DNA of 32,000 bases, from contig AP025685.1 in the NCBI GenBank assembly GCA_022846635.1, positions 4,229,304 to 4,261,303 of the forward strand, read 5' to 3'. Both the position numbers and the translations under genes were made by a program. The stretch is from Salmonella enterica subsp. enterica serovar Choleraesuis (GTDB lineage: Bacteria > Pseudomonadota > Gammaproteobacteria > Enterobacterales > Enterobacteriaceae). Positions 14,419-22,029 of the stretch are shown piece after piece. Position 1 is the stretch's first letter. Every line of letters starts with the position of its first letter. The notes below the pieces were generated by a model. That model had not been told where the DNA came from and made no database searches. It saw only the letters and a list, made by a program, of their open reading frames with translations.

Positions 14419-15548
14419 AATGCTTCTCCAACCTGAAAGTAGAATCCACTGCTACGCCGGCCTAAGCCGTAATCTAGCCGCACATTTATGCCGGGCTTAA
14501 AAGCAAAGCGATATCCGGCACCTGCCGTGGGCAGCCAGCGCCCTTCTCCCAGAGTATGAAAATGCCGACTCATCGTGCCAGCTCCCAGCCAGCCGACAAT
14601 ACCGTGACGCCAGCTCAGTTTTTGGCGGTATTCAATTTGCGTGCTGAAGGTATTTCTATCGCGATACCGCCCTTCATAATAGCCGCGCATCCGGTTACTG
14701 CTGCCGAGGCTGGGCATTTCATTCCAGGGAACCCGCCCCTGAGTGAATACGCCGTTAGCCTCCCACGCCAGAACACGCTTATCATCCAAAGAGCGGTAGT
14801 AGCCGAGCTGTGAATCGATGCGATCAAAACGGGTATCGCCGCCGGTATCCGGGGAGTAGTGGGTATAACCCAGCCCGGCGTTGACCCCGCGTCGGGGATT
14901 GGGAACAAAATCCCGCGTGTCATAGCTTAGGATCACTCCCGGCCCGCTACTGAAAACCGATGGCCCGTCTTTAGTATTTGCCAGCGTTTGTTTATGCCGG
15001 TTTTGTATACGCTCAGCGCTCATTGAAGATAAAGACCAGTTCAAACCCAGATAGGTATCCGGGGCGACTTTGCGCATTAGCTGCGGATTAACAGAAAACT
15101 CGCGGGCGGTATATTGCTGGCGATTATGCCCATGACGACCGGCATCAAACCCTTCTCCCCAGAAATAGGTGGGCGTGTTGGCCGCCCGTCCTTTGAGGTA
15201 AAAGCGCCAGTTATCATTATCATAGAAACCGTAGTTCTCTACGCTGGCTCCAAAAGCCCCGGTCGCGCTGCCGTAACCGCTGATAGTGATGGTAGAGTTC
15301 TGGCTGACCTTGTCGCTCTCGTCGGGGCGATAAACGCCGGCGATAGCGGCACCAATACCAGGCCCTAGTTCAGGCGTGTAAAAGGGCCCCGGCATCACTC
15401 CCCAGTCGATGCCTTTACGGGCATCGAACTGGCCATCGGCACCAAGGTTATCTAACCAGTTATCTATTTGATTTCGGTCAGGCAGCGGGCTTGCGCTGGC
15501 AGAAATCGCCGCCAGCGTAAGCATCAGTGCGGTTATGAAGCGGAACAT
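14415..15548 (-). CDS. Omp85 / bacterial-surface-antigen family outer-membrane beta-barrel without POTRA domains
   Basis: Signal peptide MFRFITALMLTLAAISASA/SP. It has the loop-6-type RMRGY motif, and the C-terminus RLDYGLGRRSSGFYFQVGEAF is typical of the family. At 377 aa total there is no room for POTRA repeats. Confidence 0.85.
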   Translation of the reverse strand: MFRFITALMLTLAAISASASPLPDRNQIDNWLDNLGADGQFDARKGIDWGVMPGPFYTPELGPGIGAAIAGVYRPDESDKVSQNSTITISGYGSATGAFGASVENYGFYDNDNWRFYLKGRAANTPTYFWGEGFDAGRHGHNRQQYTAREFSVNPQLMRKVAPDTYLGLNWSLSSMSAERIQNRHKQTLANTKDGPSVFSSGPGVILSYDTRDFVPNPRRGVNAGLGYTHYSPDTGGDTRFDRIDSQLGYYRSLDDKRVLAWEANGVFTQGRVPWNEMPSLGSSNRMRGYYEGRYRDRNTFSTQIEYRQKLSWRHGIVGWLGAGTMSRHFHTLGEGRWLPTAGAGYRFAFKPGINVRLDYGLGRRSSGFYFQVGEAF

Positions 15549-16609
15549 CAGAAGCGGAATTCGCCGGATACCAGGAGACTGTTACGCTTAGCGAATCCAA
15601 CTTCGGTCATAACGGCAAAGTTGCGGGTAATTTCATACTGCGCACCTACCAGCATATTCCACGGTGACTCCAGATGCTGTTTCACATCGAAGCGCCCCTG
15701 GCCTTTTTTATTGGCCAGAGTCATCAGGCTTTGCAGCTCGGCAGGCATATTAAGATCGCGCAGGCTTCCTTTAAATTCCTGCTGGACGTTTTGATACATC
15801 GTGCCGACCCAGACATTCAGTTTACCTGCAGGCAGATAGATTGAGCCTACGCTCGGAGTCTGGAAGCTGTAGCCAACCCGTGGCGAGAGAGTAAAGGCAT
15901 CAATGCTGCCATCAAGAATATCAAAGCGGGTTTGGGTGTAGTTAAAATCGATTAAGCCAAACCAGTTTTTATAACCACCGGTTAGAACCGTACCGGCTCC
16001 ATAGGTATTGCCTTTAAAATTTAATTTAAAGTCCAAATCGCGAAGTTTACCGGACTCATTCATGCCGTGAATAACTCCGGCAATAATTTTGTCCATTCCG
16101 GAGTAATTAGCAGGGTCGGAATCTACCGATACTTTTGACAGCGAATGTCCTCGGGTTTTGCCAACGATCCCATAAACATTCCAGAATGGCAGTATCCACG
16201 CGTCTAACTTGATGGTTCGGGTTTTGCTTTTTTGCCGGGTTTTAGCGACATCAATGTTAAATAAATCTGAAGATATAGGAAATAAACCCAGTGCATTTAG
16301 ATTTTTAAATTTAATGCTTTCGACATCAATGTTCTGCCTGATATTCATGTAATTTATATTAATACCGAAGGGTTCGGGAAGATCGTAACCCTGGGCCCGG
16401 GCTTCTTTACCCCATATCGGAAGCACATCGGTATGCCAGAAGGCGGGTGGCCGCTGCTGCTGTGTTGGGCTGGACTCTGAGGGCTGTGCAGTATAATGAA
16501 GGTCAGAAGGGATGTTTTCGCCAGACTTATCAGTAATGATATCGGCGGCAAAAGAGGTAAAACTTATCATCCCTGATGACAAGCAGGCAGCTAATAATAT
16601 TTTTTTCAT
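15548..16609 (-). CDS. Outer-membrane beta-barrel protein, family not recognised (first gene of the envelope operon)
   Basis: Signal peptide MKKILLAACLSSGMISFTSFA/AD. The sequence has amphipathic alternating-strand patterns and a terminal beta-signal LLVSGEFRF. Its TGA overlaps the next ATG (TGATG). Confidence 0.8.
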   Translation of the reverse strand: MKKILLAACLSSGMISFTSFAADIITDKSGENIPSDLHYTAQPSESSPTQQQRPPAFWHTDVLPIWGKEARAQGYDLPEPFGININYMNIRQNIDVESIKFKNLNALGLFPISSDLFNIDVAKTRQKSKTRTIKLDAWILPFWNVYGIVGKTRGHSLSKVSVDSDPANYSGMDKIIAGVIHGMNESGKLRDLDFKLNFKGNTYGAGTVLTGGYKNWFGLIDFNYTQTRFDILDGSIDAFTLSPRVGYSFQTPSVGSIYLPAGKLNVWVGTMYQNVQQEFKGSLRDLNMPAELQSLMTLANKKGQGRFDVKQHLESPWNMLVGAQYEITRNFAVMTEVGFAKRNSLLVSGEFRF

Positions 16610-16673
16610 AAATATAAGTATGCTTTATATAACGGTGGGTTTGGTTTTCGTGCCATATTCCTTAAGGCGCGCG

Positions 16674-16682
16674 ATTATAACA
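16674..16682 (-). promoter_or_regulatory. Candidate extended -10 promoter element for the envelope operon
   Basis: The - strand reads tgtTATAAT (+ strand attataaca at 16674-16682), about 65 nt upstream of ATG 16609. There is no good -35, which fits an extended -10 type. Confidence 0.3.
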
Positions 16683-16773
16683 GGGGATGTGACGATTTAT
16701 ATGTGCTGTGGAATGCGTATTAACTCAAAATTATAATATTTTCTGTTTTTAGCCGGATTTGTTTACTTTAATA

Positions 16774-16808
16774 AATATACCGCTGCATATAATCAGCAGC
16801 GGTATATT
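16774..16808 (-). terminator. Hairpin terminator downstream of yieH
   Basis: aatataccgctgc (16774-16786) is the exact reverse complement of gcagcggtatatt (16796-16808), with a 9-nt loop. A/T-rich tracts lie on both sides. Confidence 0.6.
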
Positions 16809-16815
16809 TTTATGG

Positions 16816-17475
16816 TCAATCTTTGGTCAGGTTCCAGCCGCGCTGACGCCACAGCGCAGGTAGCTCGCTAAGTGACGTAAAGGATATCACGTTAGGATGC
16901 GTGATTGGCGGGTTATGGTCATCGGCGCAAAAATAGTAAACCTGCATGCCGGCGGCAATACCCGCCTCGGCTCCGGCCCTGGAATCATCAACCAGAATCG
17001 CGCGCGTAACGTCTACGCCCATGTTGGCCGCCGCATGGAACATAATGTCCGGTTCGGGTTTCCAGCACTGAATATCATAGCCGCTAAACAGTTTACCTGT
17101 GAAATGAGCCAGCATGCCGGTATTTCCCAGTGAGTGTTCCATTTTGCTTACCGGGCCGTTGGAAACGATACACATCGGTACACTTACGCGCTCAACCAGT
17201 TCCTGTGCGCCGGGAATGGCAGTGAGTTCAGACTCGAATAGCCGGGCGACCTCGGCGCGATAGTTGGGCTCCAGGTCTTCGCGCTGAAGGTGGGTACCAT
17301 GCTCCTGGTTGATAATATCAATGATTTCATAAAGCTTTACGCCTTTGAAACGCTTGAATACTTCATCGGTATCAAGCTCGATACCCGCTTCGGCAAACAT
17401 GTAAACGTAGGCGCGGGAGCACAGCATTTCGCTATCAACCAGCGTTCCGTCACAGTCAAAAAAAATCGCATCCAT
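16816..17475 (-). CDS. yieH: HAD-superfamily phosphatase (6-phosphogluconate phosphatase YieH-like)
   Basis: AIFFDCDGTLVDSE (HAD motif I DxDGT), then KRFKGVKLYEIIDI and VSNGP, collinear with E. coli YieH from memory. I place the start at ATG 17475; the track start at 17508 would add 11 aa. Confidence 0.9.
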   Translation of the reverse strand: MDAIFFDCDGTLVDSEMLCSRAYVYMFAEAGIELDTDEVFKRFKGVKLYEIIDIINQEHGTHLQREDLEPNYRAEVARLFESELTAIPGAQELVERVSVPMCIVSNGPVSKMEHSLGNTGMLAHFTGKLFSGYDIQCWKPEPDIMFHAAANMGVDVTRAILVDDSRAGAEAGIAAGMQVYYFCADDHNPPITHPNVISFTSLSELPALWRQRGWNLTKD

Positions 17476-17646
17476 CTCAATACCTTTTCCATCAATCACA
17501 CAGAACACCTACTTTAAGCGGTTTGGCGTACGCAATCGATGCCGTGATCAAAAATGGTGGCAAAAAAATGCATTTTTAGCAGTCTATGCGGCACTTTTTG
17601 TTATAGGATAGCCCGGCATTTTTTTCTCCTGTTCTGGAAACCAATA

Positions 17647-18984
17647 ATGAGCCAACCATACTCACCCCAGGCTGCTCGTCTGGGTTTGCTGGAGCGCGTT
17701 TTTAAGTTACGTGAGCACGGCACGACGGCCCGAACCGAAGTTATCGCCGGGTTTACCACTTTTCTTACCATGGTTTATATCGTGTTCGTGAATCCGCAAA
17801 TTCTCGGCGCGGCCGGTATGGATACTCATGCGGTATTTGTGACAACCTGTCTTATTGCCGCATTTGGCAGCATCCTGATGGGGCTGATTGCCAATCTACC
17901 GGTAGCTCTGGCTCCGGCGATGGGGTTGAATGCATTCTTCGCATTTGTCGTGGTTGGTGCCATGGGATTATCCTGGCAAGTCGGGATGGGAGCTATCTTC
18001 TGGGGCGCTGTTGGGCTGTTTCTGCTGACCATTTTCCGTATTCGTTACTGGATGATAGCTAATATCCCGATGGGGCTGCGGGTGGGTATCACCAGCGGTA
18101 TTGGTCTATTTATCGGCATGATGGGGCTTAAAAATGCTGGCATCATTGTGGCTAATAAAGACACCCTGGTGGCTATTGGCGATCTGACCTCCCACAGCGT
18201 TCTGCTGGGTGCGTTGGGTTTCTTTATCATCGCTATTTTGGCATCACGTAATATCCACGCCGCAGTACTTATTTCGATGGTTGTGACTACGGTTCTGGGT
18301 CTGGCCTTGGGGGATGTGCATTACACCGGTATTGTCTCTGCGCCTCCAAGCATCATGAGCGTGGTTGGGCATGTCGATCTTGCTGGCTCTCTGAACCTTG
18401 GCCTGGCCGGGATTATCTTCTCCTTTATGCTGGTTAACCTTTTTGACTCCTCCGGTACCCTGATTGGGGTCACTGATAAAGCCGGGCTGACGGATGCCAA
18501 AGGTAAATTCCCGAGAATGCAGCAGGCTCTGTTTGTAGACAGCGTATCGTCGGTGACGGGATCTCTGGCGGGGACTTCCTCGGTAACGGCTTATATCGAA
18601 TCCACTTCCGGGGTTTCGGTGGGCGGCCGTACCGGCCTGACGGCCATCGTGGTCGGCTTGCTATTTATGCTGGTGATATTCCTGTCGCCTCTGGCGGGTA
18701 TGGTGCCAGGTTATGCCGCAGCCGGTGCGCTGATTTATGTCGGGGTTTTGATGACCTCAAGTCTGGCGCGAGTTAAGTGGGACGATCTGACTGAAGCGGT
18801 GCCCGCGTTTATTACTGCGGTAATGATGCCATTCAGTTTCTCTATTACCGAAGGTATTGCCCTGGGCTTTATCTCTTACTGCGTGATGAAGATTGGTACC
18901 GGCCGTCTGCGTGAGCTAAGCCCGTGTGTGGTTATTGTCGCTTTGCTGTTTGTCCTGAAAATCGTCTTTGTTGACGGACATTAA
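17647..18984 (+). CDS. adeP: Adenine permease (NCS2/AzgA-like)
   Basis: LERVFKLREHGTTARTEVIAGFTTFLTMVYIVFVNPQILG is near-identical to E. coli AdeP (YieG/PurP). I place the start at ATG 17647 (MSQPYS...). The 31-aa track extension looks non-coding. Confidence 0.93.
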   Translation: MSQPYSPQAARLGLLERVFKLREHGTTARTEVIAGFTTFLTMVYIVFVNPQILGAAGMDTHAVFVTTCLIAAFGSILMGLIANLPVALAPAMGLNAFFAFVVVGAMGLSWQVGMGAIFWGAVGLFLLTIFRIRYWMIANIPMGLRVGITSGIGLFIGMMGLKNAGIIVANKDTLVAIGDLTSHSVLLGALGFFIIAILASRNIHAAVLISMVVTTVLGLALGDVHYTGIVSAPPSIMSVVGHVDLAGSLNLGLAGIIFSFMLVNLFDSSGTLIGVTDKAGLTDAKGKFPRMQQALFVDSVSSVTGSLAGTSSVTAYIESTSGVSVGGRTGLTAIVVGLLFMLVIFLSPLAGMVPGYAAAGALIYVGVLMTSSLARVKWDDLTEAVPAFITAVMMPFSFSITEGIALGFISYCVMKIGTGRLRELSPCVVIVALLFVLKIVFVDGH

Positions 18985-18985
18985 T

Positions 18986-19016
18986 AAAAAAACCGGCCAT
19001 TGAATGGCCGGTTTAT
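18986..19016. terminator. Bidirectional terminator between adeP and yieF
   Basis: aaccggccat (18991-19000), tga loop, atggccggtt (19004-19013). It is flanked by A8 on the left (a T-run for the - strand yieF transcript) and by tatcgtt on the right. Confidence 0.85.
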
Positions 19017-19019
19017 CGT

Positions 19020-19586
19020 TTAGACAGCGACCCGCCGGATGTAATCTCCAAAAGCGGTGAGCTGGCCGGTCAGGTGGTCGAGCGTTGATTGATCGACCAC
19101 TTCGCCAGTCTGCACATCGACTTTATTCTGAATTGCCCCGCCCATAAATTCAGGCTTATTCATCACCTGAGCATCCAGGAACACCAGAATCTGGCGCAGG
19201 TGATACTGGCAGCGTGCACCGCCAATCATCCCCATGGAGCTGGTTTGAATAAGCACTGGCTTACCGGCCAGCGGCTGTTCCGGCATACGCGACAGCCAAT
19301 CGATGGCGTTTTTCAGGCCACCCGGTACTGAGTAGTTATATTCCGGGGTAACGATTACAACGCCGTCAGCGGCGCGGATTTGTTCGGCCAGAGCCTCTAC
19401 TGCCGCAGGGAATCCAGACTCCTCTTGCAGGTCCGCATCGTAAAGCGGGATTTCAGCGATAGATGGCAGTGCCTGAACTTTCATGCCAGCCGGGGCTATT
19501 TTAGGTAGCGTATTGGCGACCATACCGTTGAATGACGCTTTGCGCAGGCTGCCCAGTAATGTGACAACATTTAATGCATCTGACAT
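19020..19586 (-). CDS. yieF: NAD(P)H-dependent FMN reductase / quinone-chromate reductase
   Basis: 188 aa. LGSLRKASFNGMVA and VTPEYNYSVPGGLKNAIDWLS are near-identical to E. coli YieF (ChrR). It has a strong aaggag SD. Confidence 0.93.
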   Translation of the reverse strand: MSDALNVVTLLGSLRKASFNGMVANTLPKIAPAGMKVQALPSIAEIPLYDADLQEESGFPAAVEALAEQIRAADGVVIVTPEYNYSVPGGLKNAIDWLSRMPEQPLAGKPVLIQTSSMGMIGGARCQYHLRQILVFLDAQVMNKPEFMGGAIQNKVDVQTGEVVDQSTLDHLTGQLTAFGDYIRRVAV

Positions 19587-19625
19587 GCTGACTCCTTAGC
19601 TTAGTGAAAAATAACACCGCTTAGC

Positions 19626-20372
19626 TTAGTGAAAACTCATGACATTTTCACAAGGCATACTGGTAAAGCGCATGATTCGGTCACGGGGGCCGTGATTTTC
19701 TGGGGTTATTTCTGCCATTCCGCGCCAGCCGTTCTCATTACTGAACTCCCATAGCCGCAGATGTTCAATTTGCGGGCTGGCTGCAATAGCCCATACCAGC
19801 ACATCCTCGATATCACATAGCGCTTCAATATTTGGGGCCTGGGTCGCCCTCAGCCGTCCGGCACCGGGCAATAGCTGGATCTGGCTATCGTCAAAATTAC
19901 GCTGTCCGCTCAGCTTGGCGATGCTGGTTCGCAAAGTGACTAACTGGGCGCGCGCTTCAAAGGCGTTATTTTGGTTATTAATCCAGGTAATTTCGTTACG
20001 GGTGAACTGCGGTACTTTCTCAGCTGCTAATCGGGAAAGTGCCAGCGGGTTGTGCGGCAGCGCCATGCTTAGCCCACACTCTCCATCGGTGCAGAGCGCA
20101 ATTCCCACCATATTGCCGACATAAGAGATAGAGAAACCGGGCAGAGATGGGTCGGTAAACTCCGGGCGACCGGTTGGGCTGGTGGTTATCGCCGGGAGAT
20201 TCGGATAGCCATACAGCATGTACATCATCTCAGCCAGCAGCATACGCGAGGCGTGAAACCTTACCCGACGGTGTTCAGGGGTTTGATTTAGCTGCTTTAA
20301 GCAATCTGGGGATAGTTTGGGTGATTGGGTAATGCGTGGAGAAATAATGCTCCTTGCAAAGTGTGTCGCCAT
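19626..20372 (-). CDS. yieE: 4'-phosphopantetheinyl-transferase-superfamily protein YieE
   Basis: MATHFAR...FSISYVGNMVGIAL...EARAQLVTLR is collinear with E. coli YieE from memory. I place the start at ATG 20372; the track start at 20414 would add 14 aa. Confidence 0.88.
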   Translation of the reverse strand: MATHFARSIISPRITQSPKLSPDCLKQLNQTPEHRRVRFHASRMLLAEMMYMLYGYPNLPAITTSPTGRPEFTDPSLPGFSISYVGNMVGIALCTDGECGLSMALPHNPLALSRLAAEKVPQFTRNEITWINNQNNAFEARAQLVTLRTSIAKLSGQRNFDDSQIQLLPGAGRLRATQAPNIEALCDIEDVLVWAIAASPQIEHLRLWEFSNENGWRGMAEITPENHGPRDRIMRFTSMPCENVMSFH

Positions 20373-20806
20373 TTGTCGCTCCGTGATAATGGTCTCAGGG
20401 AGGCATTGTAACACTACAGGTGGCGCTATTTTGTACTTTGCGCATCGGCATGCGTCACAAAATACTAAACAAATCCTGGCATTTTTAACCCGGAGCGCGA
20501 TTTTTCCGGGCAGCCTTGGTTATTCCGTCTACGTTTATTCTGAGCATGTCCCGCTGATCCGGGATATGTACACAATTATGTGAAATTCCCTGTAAAATAT
20601 AATGACTTATAGTAACTGTTAGGTTATATGTTGATGTGTTTGTTTCTCGATTTGTTTCTCGAGGTAACAAACCTGATTATCAGGTCTCCTGTTGAGTGGC
20701 ATGCTCATTAGCGCTGGCGGAATAAATAATAGTCAAGTCAGCGCGTTATCAGGGTAGTAACAATAGTGATTTTTATTTTTCTAATTAAACCAAGCAGGTA
20801 ATCATT

Positions 20807-21085
20807 ATGAAGAAAATTCTAATCTCCTCTGCATTACTGGCGTCTATGACTGTGTTTGGTGCATCAGCGGCAGACCTTATCTCCAAGCAGGAAGCCGATC
20901 ATTTTAAAGCAACTTACATCGGTAACATTCATGTCAGCGAGTCTGGCGGCAAAATCGCTTCTCCATCCGATCTGCACTCAAAGCTGTCCGAACTGGCAGA
21001 TAAGAAAGGCGGCAAGTACTACGTCATCATCGCGGCGCGTGAGCATGGCCCGAACTTTGATGCCGTAGCTGAAGTGTACAAATAA
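20807..21085 (+). CDS. Small periplasmic YdgH/BhsA/McbA-like (DUF1471) stress protein
   Basis: 92 aa. A signal peptide (…VFGASA/AD) is followed by the family-typical IGNIHVSESGG..SPSDL...LADKKGGKYYVII....AEVYK ending. Confidence 0.85.
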   Translation: MKKILISSALLASMTVFGASAADLISKQEADHFKATYIGNIHVSESGGKIASPSDLHSKLSELADKKGGKYYVIIAAREHGPNFDAVAEVYK

Positions 21086-21092
21086 TGTGTAT

Positions 21093-21116
21093 GAGGGCGC
21101 TCATCCGGGCGCCCTC
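21093..21116. terminator. Hairpin between the convergent DUF1471 gene and channel gene
   Basis: gagggcgc (21093-21100) pairs with gcgccctc (21109-21116), with an 8-nt loop. There is no strong T-run on either strand. Confidence 0.55.
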
Positions 21117-21138
21117 TGCGACTCTCCTCACATCCTGC

Positions 21139-22029
21139 TTATGACTTGTCACCAGGCTTCTTAGCCGCTTCATTTTTCTTCTCTGCTTCCGAATAGGGTT
21201 CTCCACAGTTAGCGCAAAAGCGTGCGACCATATTTTCAGTCACATACTCGCAGTGCGGGCAGCGCCGATGATGACGTCTACTCTGCACGATTTGCGTCAT
21301 ATAAGCGCTAAGTACCCCGGTTGGGATGGCTATGATTGTGTAGCCAATGAGAATCAGCAGTGAGGTGATAATGCGCCCCAGCGGAGTATGTGGAGTTATA
21401 TCGCCATATCCTACGGTGGTCAGCGTAACTACTGCCCAATAAATAGAGACCGGCAGGCTGACAAACCCGTGCTGCGGCCCCTCAACCACATACATTGCTC
21501 CGGCGAATAAGCAAATGATAATTCCAATAATGAAAAAGAAGACCAGCAATTTTTTATATGAGGCAACTAATGCGGACCATAGGTCGTTAGCTGAGCTCAT
21601 ATAGCGCATTAGCTTTATCATTCTTAATATGCGCATGACGCGAAGCATCCTAAATAACATGGTATAGGACCCTGCGGCACCGGGAACCATCAGCATAATG
21701 TAAATCGGTAATAAAGTTATTAAATCAATGATACCGAAAAAGCTGGTTGGGTAATGCTGAGCGCGTGGGGTTGTAAGCAGGCGTAGCAAATATTCAATAG
21801 TAAAAAATATTGTCAGTGCTATTTCGAGCCATGCATAGCAAGCAGCAGCATGAGGCGCTGCGGGGCCTTGCGGCGGATAGGTCGACTCAAACATAACCAG
21901 AATAACGCTGAACAGAGTAACGCCAACTAAAGCAAACTCAACCCATCTTCCGCTGCGAGTGTTTATGTCAAATAAGTTACGATAGACGATACTTTTCAAA
22001 CTGTTATTGGGGGGTGAGCTAGGCTTCAT
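21139..22029 (-). CDS. Voltage-sensor-containing 6-TM K+ channel with C-terminal zinc ribbon
   Basis: K+ selectivity filter TLTTVGYGD. The S4-like helix FRMLRVMRILRMIKLMR has a basic residue at every third position. The C-terminus carries CPHC-x11-CANC. There is no RCK/TrkA domain. Confidence 0.85.
   Translation of the reverse strand: MKPSSPPNNSLKSIVYRNLFDINTRSGRWVEFALVGVTLFSVILVMFESTYPPQGPAAPHAAACYAWLEIALTIFFTIEYLLRLLTTPRAQHYPTSFFGIIDLITLLPIYIMLMVPGAAGSYTMLFRMLRVMRILRMIKLMRYMSSANDLWSALVASYKKLLVFFFIIGIIICLFAGAMYVVEGPQHGFVSLPVSIYWAVVTLTTVGYGDITPHTPLGRIITSLLILIGYTIIAIPTGVLSAYMTQIVQSRRHHRRCPHCEYVTENMVARFCANCGEPYSEAEKKNEAAKKPGDKS

Noticed and set aside
16583-16609. Possible lipobox (LAAC, Cys at residue 9) in the first barrel protein
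   Set aside because: Only 8 residues would precede the Cys, too short for a lipoprotein signal peptide. A standard SPase-I site after SFTSFA fits better. This remains unverified.
16610-16760. Pho box upstream of the envelope operon, searched for because the operon abuts pst-phoU
   Set aside because: The best candidate on the - strand (cgtcaca/ctgttat around the TATAAT) has too many mismatches in the first half-site. It also overlaps the -10 instead of replacing the -35.
17554-17646. N-terminal extensions proposed by the ORF track for adeP (31 aa), the MFS transporter (64 aa, 27616-27807), yieE (14 aa), yieH (11 aa), pstB (6 aa) and phoU (4 aa)
   Set aside because: The extensions are absent from the E. 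coli orthologues as I recall them, are Cys/Arg/Phe-rich or otherwise non-protein-like, and the internal ATGs have better SD spacing. I used the shorter coordinates.
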